Shown: positions 16,559-24,578 of the stretch, piece by piece
Layout of the letters: each line of letters opens with the position of its first letter
Numbering within the stretch: position 1 is the stretch's first letter
Notes under the pieces: generated by a model
Database searches by the model: none
What the model was told of the DNA's origin: nothing
What the model saw: the letters and a program-made list of their open reading frames with translations, nothing else
Program-made: the position numbers and the translations under genes
IMG/VR virus record: IMGVR_UViG_3300031944_000028
Coordinates: 1 to 33,257 of that record
Strand: one strand, 5' to 3'
Source of the DNA: a virus
Lineage: Duplodnaviria; Caudoviricetes
DNA: 33,257 nucleotides

Positions 16559-17257
16559 CTACTTCGCGCTGGAGCGCGCCTCGAGCCGGCGCTTCAGCTC
16601 CTGCGACTTCGCAACGAGGGCCGCCAGCGGGGCCCGCTCCGGGGGCACGGCGTCCACCTCGCCCATGCCCAGCCCGGCGGCCGTCGCCTCCTCCACCCGC
16701 TTCGCGTAGATCGCCAGCACCTCGGCGCGGGAGTAGGGCTTGCCGGCGATGAGGATGTGCTCGGCGGCCCCCGGCGCGGGCGCCGGCTGGCCCCAGGACG
16801 GCGCAGGCGGGGCCTTCGGCGCCGCGGCGGGGGTGCGCTCGTCGGCGGGCGGTTCCGCCCCGCCCTGGCCCAATTCCTCGAGCGCGGTGAGCCCGACCCC
16901 GAGGAGGTGGCGCAGGGAACGCGCCACGGCCCGCGTCTCCGCCATGCGCAGGCAGTGGATGGCCACCATCCGCCCCACGTTCGCCGGGCTGGCGTCCCCG
17001 ATGCCCGTGGCGGTGCGCAGGACGTGCCCCGTCTCCGGGTCGAAGACGGTCACCTTCGCGGTGACCACCGCCGTCTGCGCGTTCTCCGCCGTGGGCAGCT
17101 GCACGATCTCCGTGGCCAGGTCGTAGAACCCGCGGGAGAGCTGCACCAGGCCGTGCAGGAGCCCGTCGCTCAAGACGTACTCCCGCCCCTGCTGCGTGAT
17201 GACGTACTCCCGGGGGATCGCCAGCTCCCCGAAGGCGAAGTCCTCCTCAGCGGCCAT
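16559..17257 (-). CDS. Rad52/Sak-like single-strand annealing protein
   Basis: GGAGG RBS; AVVTAKVTV...TATGIGDASPANV...RMAETRAVARSLR...LGVG core with a low-complexity linker. Confidence 0.7.
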   Translation of the reverse strand: MAAEEDFAFGELAIPREYVITQQGREYVLSDGLLHGLVQLSRGFYDLATEIVQLPTAENAQTAVVTAKVTVFDPETGHVLRTATGIGDASPANVGRMVAIHCLRMAETRAVARSLRHLLGVGLTALEELGQGGAEPPADERTPAAAPKAPPAPSWGQPAPAPGAAEHILIAGKPYSRAEVLAIYAKRVEEATAAGLGMGEVDAVPPERAPLAALVAKSQELKRRLEARSSAK

Positions 17258-17393
17258 CCTTGGTTCCTCCCCGGCGCACGATACCGCCGCAGCGCACCAG
17301 CTCCCGCGCCAACTCCTCAATGGAGACCTCTTTGCCCTCGACGCGGCAGGTGAGGACGACCTCCCGGCGGGGCTGCGGCTTCGTGTTCTTCAC
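17247..17393 (-). CDS. 48 aa basic protein, possible recombination directionality factor
   Basis: VKNTKPQPRREVVLTCRVEGKEVSIEELARELVRCGG...DGR. TGGTACAAT 6 nt upstream of the GTG. Divergent from the integrase. The function is inference from position only. Confidence 0.55.
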   Translation of the reverse strand: MKNTKPQPRREVVLTCRVEGKEVSIEELARELVRCGGIVRRGGTKDGR

Positions 17394-17399
17394 CCTCCT

Positions 17400-17479
17400 A
17401 TTGTACCAGGAAAGTGGTGTCACTGTGCCACTAATAGTGGTAGACTGGAACCGACGTGCTACCGCAGCGGTTGTAGACT
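17400..17479. promoter_or_regulatory. Divergent promoters with palindromic operator candidates
   Basis: Leftward TGgTACAAT (17400-17408). Rightward TAGACT at 17441-17446 and 17474-17479. Palindromes CCACTAATAGTGG (17428-17440) and ACCGCAGCGGT (17461-17471). Confidence 0.65.
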
Positions 17480-17485
17480 GCGGGC

Positions 17486-17665
17486 ATGCCGAAAGGAACG
17501 AACGTGGCGATCACCGTCCGCCTCCCCGCCGACGTCCACCGCGACCTGGCCGAGCTCGCCCGCGAGCAGCGCCGCAGCCTCAACACCGCCATCATCGTGG
17601 CCGCCGAGCGGTACATCCGGCAGATGCGTGCGCGGCAGCCGAAGGAGGCGCCGGATGGCCGCTGA
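17486..17665 (+). CDS. Arc/ribbon-helix-helix DNA-binding protein
   Basis: MPKGTNVAITVRLPADVHRDLAELAREQRRSLNTAIIVAAERYI (not in the ORF track). Confidence 0.85.
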   Translation: MPKGTNVAITVRLPADVHRDLAELAREQRRSLNTAIIVAAERYIRQMRARQPKEAPDGR

Positions 17666-19403
17666 GCCCGGCCCCGGCCGGCGCGGGGACGCCTACCTGC
17701 GCAAGTCCCCCGGCTCCAGCGCCAGCAAGACGGAGATCAGCCTGGAGCGCCAGCTGGACGACATCAAGGCCCGCATGGAGGCGGACGGCGTCACGCTCGG
17801 GATGATCCACGAGGACGTCCACCCCCGCTGGGAGCTCTGGGAGCGCCCGGCCCTCTCGGCCCTGCGCGAGCGGATCAAGGACGGGCTGGTGGACGTGGTG
17901 TACGCCTGGGACACGTCTCGTCTGGCGACGGGCATCGAGCACCAGGCGATCCTGCTCGAGGAGGGCGACCGCTTCGGCTGCAGCTACCGCTTCGTGACCG
18001 AGCAGGTCGACCGCACCACGCCGCTGGGCAAGGCGGTGTGGTTGATGACGAGCACCTTCAACGAGATCGAGCGCGAGCGCATCCGCGACCGCACCCAAGG
18101 AGGCAAGCGCAAGCACCTCGAGCGGGGCAAGATGCTCTTCTACGCCAAACCCAACTACGGCTACCGCTGGGCGAACGCCGCCCACACCTGCTGGGTGGTC
18201 GACGCGGACGAGGCGGACGTCGTGCGCGCCGTCTTCCGGGACGTCGTCGGCGGCGCCACCCTGAGCGACGTGGCCCTGCGCCTGACCGGCGCCGGTGTCC
18301 CCCCGCCGGGGCGGGCGCAGACCTGGCAGACCTCCACGCTCGCCGAGTGGCTGCACAACCCGGCCTACAAAGGCGCCCCGGCCGTCTACCGCACGGAGCG
18401 CGTCCGGCGGGACGGGCGGTGGATCCGGCTGCGCCGTGACCCGGAGCACTGGCTGGCGCTCAACCCGAACAGCGTCCCCGCCCTGGTCGATCCGGAGGAC
18501 TGGGCGCTGGCCCAACTGGCGCTGACCCGCCACCGCACCCAGGCGCCGCGGGGGATGGCGCCCGACCGGCAGACGGAGTTCCTGCTGCGGGGCGGGCTGG
18601 CGACGTGCGCCCACTGTGGGCGCCCCCTGCACGCCCTCACCGTGCCCCGGAAGCGCGACTACGCTCCCGAGAAGGTCATCTACCGCACCTACGCCTGCGC
18701 CAGCGTCTCCCGGAAGCGGGCGCAGAAGGTCGCCGGCGCGGACGACGGCTTCCCCGCTTGCCCCAGCCCGGTGCGCGTCCGCGCGGAGGCCCTCGACCTG
18801 GCGGTGTGGCGCGGCGTGCTCGAGCACCTGCAGAGCCCCCCGCCGGCGGACGGCGGGGCGGCCGAGGCGGCCCGCGCCCAGCGGGAACACGCCGACGCCG
18901 CGAGGGCCGTCCGGGCGGCCGAGCGCGTGATGGCCAACACCGCCACCGAGCTCGTGCTGGCCGAGACCGACGAGGAGCGCGAGACGCTGCGGGGCCTCCA
19001 GCGGACCCAGGCGGCCGTGCTGCGCGCGGCGCGGGGCCGGCACGAGAAGGCGGTCCGCGACCTCGCCGCCGTGGCGCAGGCGCGGGAGCAGGCGCTGGCG
19101 CTGTTCGTGGCCTTCACCGAGCGGGGGCGCGACCTGGAGGGGCTGATCCCGGGCCGGGTCGGCCTCGTGCAGTACCAGACGATGCGCGCCATCCTGGGCA
19201 CGAGCGGGGTGGGCGTGGTGGTGTGGCACAAGGACGCGCCCGCCGGGCCGCCCGACCGGGGGGCGGGGCGGTACGCGGTGCGCCCCTACGAGGCCGTGCC
19301 GTGGCCGACAGTCTCCGGGAGCAGTTGTGGTCCCGGAAGCAGTACGCCACACTACCCCGACCCGGACCGCCTCGCCCGCCTGGTGCGCGCCCTCGCCGGT
19401 TAG
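17655..19403 (+). CDS. Large serine recombinase (integrase)
   Basis: AGGAGG RBS; catalytic AYLRKS, SLERQ, DTSRLA, EIERERIRDRT, YGY, recombinase domain LHNPAYKG, zinc ribbon CAHC...YAC...C, coiled coil. Confidence 0.93.
   Translation: MAAEPGPGRRGDAYLRKSPGSSASKTEISLERQLDDIKARMEADGVTLGMIHEDVHPRWELWERPALSALRERIKDGLVDVVYAWDTSRLATGIEHQAILLEEGDRFGCSYRFVTEQVDRTTPLGKAVWLMTSTFNEIERERIRDRTQGGKRKHLERGKMLFYAKPNYGYRWANAAHTCWVVDADEADVVRAVFRDVVGGATLSDVALRLTGAGVPPPGRAQTWQTSTLAEWLHNPAYKGAPAVYRTERVRRDGRWIRLRRDPEHWLALNPNSVPALVDPEDWALAQLALTRHRTQAPRGMAPDRQTEFLLRGGLATCAHCGRPLHALTVPRKRDYAPEKVIYRTYACASVSRKRAQKVAGADDGFPACPSPVRVRAEALDLAVWRGVLEHLQSPPPADGGAAEAARAQREHADAARAVRAAERVMANTATELVLAETDEERETLRGLQRTQAAVLRAARGRHEKAVRDLAAVAQAREQALALFVAFTERGRDLEGLIPGRVGLVQYQTMRAILGTSGVGVVVWHKDAPAGPPDRGAGRYAVRPYEAVPWPTVSGSSCGPGSSTPHYPDPDRLARLVRALAG
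19305..19346. other. Candidate attP site inside the integrase 3' end
   Basis: TCCGGGA-gcagTTgtgg-TCCCGGA inverted repeat (19314-19337) with further partial symmetry outward. Confidence 0.45.
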
Positions 19404-20059
19404 CCCACCGTCTTCGGCTCGACCAGGAACACCGCCCCCACGAAGACCGGGGTCGTGCCCGGCCCGGCCACCCGCCCCAGGAGCCCCGCCGGCGCCGGCC
19501 CGGGCGCCGCCTCGGGCGCCCCGGCGTCCGGCGCCGCGACCGCCCGCCGGACCGCCTCGAGGCCCGCCTCGGTGCCCACGAACGTCGACCCCGGGCGCGC
19601 GTCCTGGGCCGCCCAGACCCCCCGCAGCAGGCTGGCCACGAGGGCCTCCAGGGTCAGGGGCCCGGGCTCCTCCCGCGCCGCCCGGCCCCGCGCCGCCGGG
19701 CCCTCGCCGAGGAGGCCGGCCACGCTCTCGTACCCCAGCGCGAGGGCCAGGGCCAGGGCCACCACCGGGTCGGGGCTGGCCGACTGCTGGCGCTCCAGGT
19801 TGCTCACCGTGCTGGGGGCCACGTCTGCCCGCGTGGCCAGCTCCAGCCGGTTCCAGCCCCGCGCCTCGCGCGCCGTCTTCAGGCGCTCGGCCAGCCGCGC
19901 CGGGTCGACCTCCAGCTGGCGCTTCGCCCGCTCGAGGGGCGACTCGCGCCCGTTCGGCCGGGGGTCGGTGCCCGGGGGCGCCTCGCCGCAGCCCCCGCCC
20001 GGGCCGGGGGTCGGTGCCTCGGGCGCCTCTCCCGGCGTCGTGCCCGCCTGCTCGTCCAT
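19400..20059 (-). CDS. XRE-family HTH repressor (CI-like)
   Basis: GAGGAGGAG RBS; RLKTAREARGWNRLELATRADVAPSTVSNLER HTH; divergent from the early operon. Confidence 0.85.
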   Translation of the reverse strand: MDEQAGTTPGEAPEAPTPGPGGGCGEAPPGTDPRPNGRESPLERAKRQLEVDPARLAERLKTAREARGWNRLELATRADVAPSTVSNLERQQSASPDPVVALALALALGYESVAGLLGEGPAARGRAAREEPGPLTLEALVASLLRGVWAAQDARPGSTFVGTEAGLEAVRRAVAAPDAGAPEAAPGPAPAGLLGRVAGPGTTPVFVGAVFLVEPKTVG

Positions 20060-20206
20060 CACCGCTCCTCCTCGGGTTCGGCCCCGCATCAGCCCGCCTG
20101 TTCAGTGTACGCGCGAAAACTCGAAAAATCACCACCACGGTGACGGGGGCCAGATACTAACAACGCTCGGCGGCAATCTGTGATGCAATCAATCTGGTAT
20201 TACCCC

Positions 20207-20248
20207 ACGCTAGAAACCCTTGACAGGTTTGTCAACAGCGAATATCTT
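20207..20248. promoter_or_regulatory. Overlapping divergent sigma70-type promoters sharing a palindromic -35 region
   Basis: TTGACA-GGTT-TGTCAA (20220-20235). Rightward TTGACA-N17-TATCTT, leftward TTGACA-N17-TAGCGT. Confidence 0.8.
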
Positions 20249-20334
20249 CGGTGAACGCTCAGGGTTCCCTCAAGGTTTTTGGGGGCCGCGGGTCGCCTGC
20301 CACGACCGCGGGAGCCGGGTGCGAGGGAGTGCAT

Positions 20335-20685
20335 ATGGCAGCGGTGCTCAGCATGGTGCGGCCCGAGATGGGTCGGGCCGCGGGGTCGGAGGCGGACGGC
20401 GGCGAGGTCGTGGCGCGCAAGGTGGCCGCGGAGCGGTCGGAGTTCTTGCTGCAGTGCAACGCCGTCCGGCTGCGCCTGCGGCTCAGCTGGAAACGCTGGG
20501 CGCTCGACCACGCCGACTGCAGCCCGCAGGAGTGGAGCCGCTTCTGGAACCTCGACCGGGCGATCTCGCGGCGGGTGGTGCAGCGGCTGCTGGTGCTCCA
20601 CCCGGAGCTGCGCAAGCCCTGGCTGCGCAGCCTGGAGGCGGCGCCCCCGGTGCGCCGGGGGCAGGCCCCCGACCCGGGCGGCTGA
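20335..20685 (+). CDS. Cro-like regulator (putative)
   Basis: First gene of the rightward operon opposite the repressor; HTH-like VRLRLRLSWKRWA...SPQEWSRFWN. Confidence 0.55.
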   Translation: MAAVLSMVRPEMGRAAGSEADGGEVVARKVAAERSEFLLQCNAVRLRLRLSWKRWALDHADCSPQEWSRFWNLDRAISRRVVQRLLVLHPELRKPWLRSLEAAPPVRRGQAPDPGG

Positions 20686-20768
20686 TGCGCGGCCCTCCCG
20701 CCCGTGCGGCGGTAGCCCCTTTTCGGCGGTAGCGCTCCGGCCCCGACGGCCCCACGAGGGAGGTGGGC

Positions 20769-21155
20769 ATGGCCACGGCACGCCCGAAATCGACGCTTGA
20801 CGCCGCCCAGCAGGCGGAGCACAACTTCTACCGGGTGGTCGACGCCCAGTGCGACGATCTGACCCGGCTTCGGGCGCGCTGGCCCGACCGCACCTCGCCG
20901 GAAAGCCAGGGGGCCCTCGACCGGCTGACCGCCCGCGCCGCACCGGACGGGGACGCCGACCGGGCGATCGCCGCGCTCCATGCCGTCTACGGCGGTGCCG
21001 CGCGGGTGCCCGGCCCGGTGCGGGCCCGGATGGAGCAGTACGTCCGGGAGCGCATGGGCGGCCGCCCCTGGCCCGAGCGCGACCTCTCGGAGGATCTGAA
21101 CCGGCCGGCGATCATCCGCAAGGCCGCCCGCCGGCGCCGCGAGGCCCGGGGCTGA
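20769..21155 (+). CDS. Hypothetical protein
   Basis: GGAGG RBS; 128 aa. Confidence 0.7.
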   Translation: MATARPKSTLDAAQQAEHNFYRVVDAQCDDLTRLRARWPDRTSPESQGALDRLTARAAPDGDADRAIAALHAVYGGAARVPGPVRARMEQYVRERMGGRPWPERDLSEDLNRPAIIRKAARRRREARG

Positions 21156-21814
21156 TGGCTGTCCGGCGGGAGCCGACCGACGCCGAGCTGCGGGCGAAGT
21201 ACCTGCGCGACACCGAGAACGCCAGGCTCCGCATGCGGGCGTTACGCGCACGGCGGAAGACCGCTTCGCGTAACGCCGAAAATGTTCGCGTAACGAACAC
21301 CGCTCCCGGCGGGGCCGGTGACGCGAACCCCCCCACACCCCCCGTCGTCTCTTTCTCTCTTACAGAGAGAAAGAAGGTGGAGCACCTGCTGGCCACCTTC
21401 GTGGAGCGGGGCTACAAGCACGACCCCCGGTTCTGGGAGCTCGTCCGCGCCCGGTACCCCCACCTCGACCTCGAGCTGGAGGTGCTCAAGCTGGCGGAGT
21501 GGCTGGACGAGCCCCGCAACGCCAAGCGCAAGTGCAGCAAGGGCTTCATTTCCAACTGGCTGAGCAAGGCCGACGTCGACCGCCAGCAGCGGGAGGCCCA
21601 GGCCCGCACCCTGCCCCCCACCGGGCCGAACGGGCCGGGCCACCCACCCAGGTCGAGCCCGGGGCGGCCGCCCGACCCGGCGCCGGTGCTGCCGGCGGAC
21701 GCGGTGCTGGAGCGCATCGACCCGGCGGCGGCCGCCCGGCACCTGCTGGACGCCAAGCGGCTCACCCTGCCGGAGAAGCTGGCGGCCATCGCGCGCAACG
21801 GGAGGGCCGGCTGA
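21155..21814 (+). CDS. Phage replication initiator / replisome-organiser-like protein
   Basis: YPHLDLELEVLKLAEWL...KRKCSKGFISNWLSKA resembles initiator C-terminal domains. Contains internal iteron-like repeats. Confidence 0.65.
   Translation: MAVRREPTDAELRAKYLRDTENARLRMRALRARRKTASRNAENVRVTNTAPGGAGDANPPTPPVVSFSLTERKKVEHLLATFVERGYKHDPRFWELVRARYPHLDLELEVLKLAEWLDEPRNAKRKCSKGFISNWLSKADVDRQQREAQARTLPPTGPNGPGHPPRSSPGRPPDPAPVLPADAVLERIDPAAAARHLLDAKRLTLPEKLAAIARNGRAG
21240..21374. other. Candidate replication origin
   Basis: TTCGCGTAACG at 21265 and 21285, inverted CGTTACGCG at 21240, and an 11-bp-arm palindrome TCTTTCTCTCT-tac-AGAGAGAAAGA (21350-21374). Confidence 0.6.
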
Positions 21815-21930
21815 TGGCCTGGGACTGGCTGTCCTTCGTCGTCGGGGTGCTGGTGGGGCTGGCCCTCATGTGGATCGCCGCCGTGGTGTCGCAGGTGCGC
21901 GAGGCGGACAACGAGGAGCACTTCCGGTGA
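21814..21930 (+). CDS. Small membrane peptide
   Basis: 38 aa MAWDWLSFVVGVLVGLALMWIAAVV...; TGATG coupling. Confidence 0.65.
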   Translation: MAWDWLSFVVGVLVGLALMWIAAVVSQVREADNEEHFR

Positions 21931-22118
21931 TCCCCCGGCCGCCGGGGGTGTGGTGGGCGCGGACGGGCCCGAAGCCGGGCGACCGGATGTGCGAGGACGC
22001 CGGGCACGCCGTCTACGTGCGGACGCAGCGGCGGCAGAAGCGGGGCGCACCGAACGAGTGGGTCCACGTCGACGTGTACGCCTGCGCGGTGTGCTGGCCG
22101 GACGGGAGGGAACGATGA
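21927..22118 (+). CDS. Hypothetical protein (Cys/His cluster)
   Basis: GTGA coupling; CEDAGH...CAVC. Confidence 0.55.
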   Translation: MIPRPPGVWWARTGPKPGDRMCEDAGHAVYVRTQRRQKRGAPNEWVHVDVYACAVCWPDGRER

Positions 22119-22351
22119 GCGATACGCCGGTGGAATGGCGGACGGTGTACGGCACCAAGCTGGTGCTGTTCGTGGACGGGCGAGGGGTGGGCGACTTCTA
22201 CCAGGCCGGCGACGGGGTGTTCCGGGTGCGGCTGTGGCCCCACTTCCGCTTGCAGGGCGGCTCCGAGCAGCTCGTGCTCTCCAAGCAGCTGGCCGAGGAG
22301 ACGCTGCTCGAGATGTACCAGTGGCGCAAGCAGGACGAGGCGGCGCAGTGA
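22115..22351 (+). CDS. Hypothetical protein
   Basis: GGAGG RBS, ATGA coupling; 78 aa. Confidence 0.65.
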   Translation: MSDTPVEWRTVYGTKLVLFVDGRGVGDFYQAGDGVFRVRLWPHFRLQGGSEQLVLSKQLAEETLLEMYQWRKQDEAAQ

Positions 22352-23547
22352 CGGAGTGGGAGCCGCGCGACCGGTTGGTGCTGGCGCTGCCGGACGACTA
22401 CGAGGTGCCCGCGGGGTCACTGGCGCCGACGATGGTGCCATGGGCGACGAAGCAACGGGACATTATCCGGGCCGAGGGCAATATCGATCAGGCGGTTGAA
22501 CTGACGAAGCGGCTCGCGGCCTTCCAGCGGTACGTCGACGACCGGCAAGGCCGCGATGACCTGGCCGCTGAAGAGCGCCGGACAGAGGTGCTGATCGGTC
22601 AATTCCTCGGGAGGGCCCCTGGGCGCGGGCGCGACGAAGAGACCGCGCGCGGTCTCTTGGAGCGGCAGCGGTGTAGGGAATTCCGTCTTATGGCGGAGCA
22701 CGAGGATTGGGTCGAGCAGTGGCTGACACGAGAGGATCGCGTCGTGTCCCGGCGCCAACTGCTGGACATGATCGACCGGCGACTGGCCCGCAGGCCGGCC
22801 GGCGACGAGGCGACCGAGGCGGAAGCGGAGACGCAGTGGTACCGGGTGCTCGAGGGCGATTGCTTCTCGTTCGATGCCGAGTTCTCCGCCGACCCGGTCG
22901 ACTTCATCATCACCGACGCGCCCTACATCGCTGACGTGGGGGCCATCGATCTCTGCGAGCGCCTGGCGCAGCATGCGCCGCGGTGGCTGAAGCCGGACGG
23001 GTCGCTCCTGCTGATGATGGGCCAGATGTACCTCCCGGAGGTGGTGCGCCGGGTGGCGCCGCACCTCCACTACCGCTGGACGCTTGCGTATCTGACGCCC
23101 GGCGGCCAGGCCGTGCAGATCTGGCCGCATCAGGTCAACACCTTCTGGAAGCCGGTCTTCTGGTTCACGAACGGCGGCGGTCGCTACCGCGGTGGGTGGC
23201 GCGGGGACGCCTCGACGGGCGAGGGCGAATGGCTGGCGGCCATGGGTTCGGACCTGACGGCGAGCACCGAGAACGACAAGCGGGACCACGCCTGGGGCCA
23301 GAGCGAGGGCGGCATGGTCGACCTGCTCGACCGCTTCGTCTCGCCCGGAGAGACCGTGCTCGACCCCTTCATGGGCGCGGGCACCACCGGGGTGGCGGCG
23401 CTGCGGTTGGGCTGCCGGTTCCTGGGCGTGGACATCAAGGCGGAGAACGTGCGGATCGCGGCCGAACGGCTGGCGCAGGAGTGCGACGGTGCTGGAGCAG
23501 CAGGTGCGGGCGGAGCGGACGGGCTGGCGGGATCTGGCGTTGAGTGA
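22348..23547 (+). CDS. N6-adenine/N4-cytosine DNA methyltransferase (beta class) with N-terminal extension
   Basis: Motif IV variant IITDAPY, WLKPDGSL, and motif I VLDPFMGAGTTGVAA near the C-terminus. Confidence 0.85.
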   Translation: MTEWEPRDRLVLALPDDYEVPAGSLAPTMVPWATKQRDIIRAEGNIDQAVELTKRLAAFQRYVDDRQGRDDLAAEERRTEVLIGQFLGRAPGRGRDEETARGLLERQRCREFRLMAEHEDWVEQWLTREDRVVSRRQLLDMIDRRLARRPAGDEATEAEAETQWYRVLEGDCFSFDAEFSADPVDFIITDAPYIADVGAIDLCERLAQHAPRWLKPDGSLLLMMGQMYLPEVVRRVAPHLHYRWTLAYLTPGGQAVQIWPHQVNTFWKPVFWFTNGGGRYRGGWRGDASTGEGEWLAAMGSDLTASTENDKRDHAWGQSEGGMVDLLDRFVSPGETVLDPFMGAGTTGVAALRLGCRFLGVDIKAENVRIAAERLAQECDGAGAAGAGGADGLAGSGVE

Positions 23548-23917
23548 GCGCCACCGCCGGTGGGGGATGGACTGCCCGATGGTCGACGTGGACTTCCTGG
23601 CCGTGGAGTACGACCGGGGGCTGCCGAAAGCCATCGTGGAGTACAAGGAGGCGCACGCCCAGAAGCAGTGGTCGCTGCACCCCAGCTTCAAGGCGCTGCA
23701 GATCCTCGGGACGCGGGCCAACCTGCCCGTCTTCGCGGTGCGGTACGCCAGCGACTTCTCCTGTTTCCGGGTGACGGCGCTGAACGCGGCGGCGAAGGCG
23801 CACGTCCCGCGCGCCACGGACTTCAGCGAGTACGGGTACGTGGCGCTGCTCTACCGCGTCCGGGGGCGGGCGATGCCCGACGGTCTGCCGCTCCAGACCG
23901 CGGAGCCGGTGGGATGA
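23489..23917 (+). CDS. PD-(D/E)XK nuclease-fold protein (putative)
   Basis: VDVDFLAVEY...AIVEYK motif; overlaps the MTase 3' end. Confidence 0.55.
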   Translation: MLEQQVRAERTGWRDLALSERHRRWGMDCPMVDVDFLAVEYDRGLPKAIVEYKEAHAQKQWSLHPSFKALQILGTRANLPVFAVRYASDFSCFRVTALNAAAKAHVPRATDFSEYGYVALLYRVRGRAMPDGLPLQTAEPVG

Positions 23918-24388
23918 CCATCCGCTACCGGCGGGTGGGGCTGAAGATCGAGCGGGTGCCGGCCGACGAGGTCGGCGCGGCGGCGACCCGGGTGGCCCTC
24001 CAGGCGGAGATCGAGGCGGCTGGCCGACCGGACGGACGACCTCCGGGTGCGGCTCAACAAGTTCGCCCGGGAGACCCGGCACCGCATCGCCCTGCGCCAG
24101 CGCCTGTTCCCCCGCACGGTGCTGGCCGAGCAGTCGGCACCGGCGCCGGTGGGGGGGGCGGCGCCCCGGGAGGTGCGCCTGGCCCGCACGGTGGCGGCGG
24201 TGTCGCAGCGGGAACTGGCCGCGCAGTTGGGCGTCCACCGCTCCAGCATCGCCGAGGCGGAGCGGGGGGCGCGGACGGCCAGCCCCCGGCTCACGGCGTG
24301 GACGCAGGGGGTCCTGCGCGCCCACGGGACCGCGAAGGGAGGGAACCCATCCCATGCGCACGAAGACGAGGCCCCGCCCGCACCTTGA
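23914..24388 (+). pseudogene. XRE-HTH protein interrupted by an apparent +1 frameshift near 24015
   Basis: MTIRYRR...LQAEIE continues as RLADRTDDLRVRLNKF...VSQRELAAQLGVHRSSIAEAERG if one G of GAGG at 24015-24016 is removed. Confidence 0.6.
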
Positions 24389-24578
24389 GGCCGTGCCCGC
24401 CCCGGACGGCCCCTGCTGCGCCGCCGCGGCGCAGAAAGAGGGCGCCCTGCTGCACCTGCAGATCGCGCTGCGCACCTACTCCTGCGGGCTGCCGGTGGAC
24501 TGGTCGCACGTCGCCGTGCGGATGGGCCAGACCCTGCTCGCGGTGGACGCCGACGAGGCCGGGGAGCGGGCGCGGTGA
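24354..24578 (+). CDS. Hypothetical protein
   Basis: GGAGG upstream; 74 aa; coupled to the next gene. Confidence 0.55.
   Translation: MRTKTRPRPHLEAVPAPDGPCCAAAAQKEGALLHLQIALRTYSCGLPVDWSHVAVRMGQTLLAVDADEAGERAR

Noticed and set aside
17196-17654. N-terminal 153 aa of the 735 aa integrase ORF in the track
   Set aside because: The catalytic YLRKS motif lies just after the ATG at 17655, which has an AGGAGG RBS. The upstream region holds the Arc-like gene and promoters.
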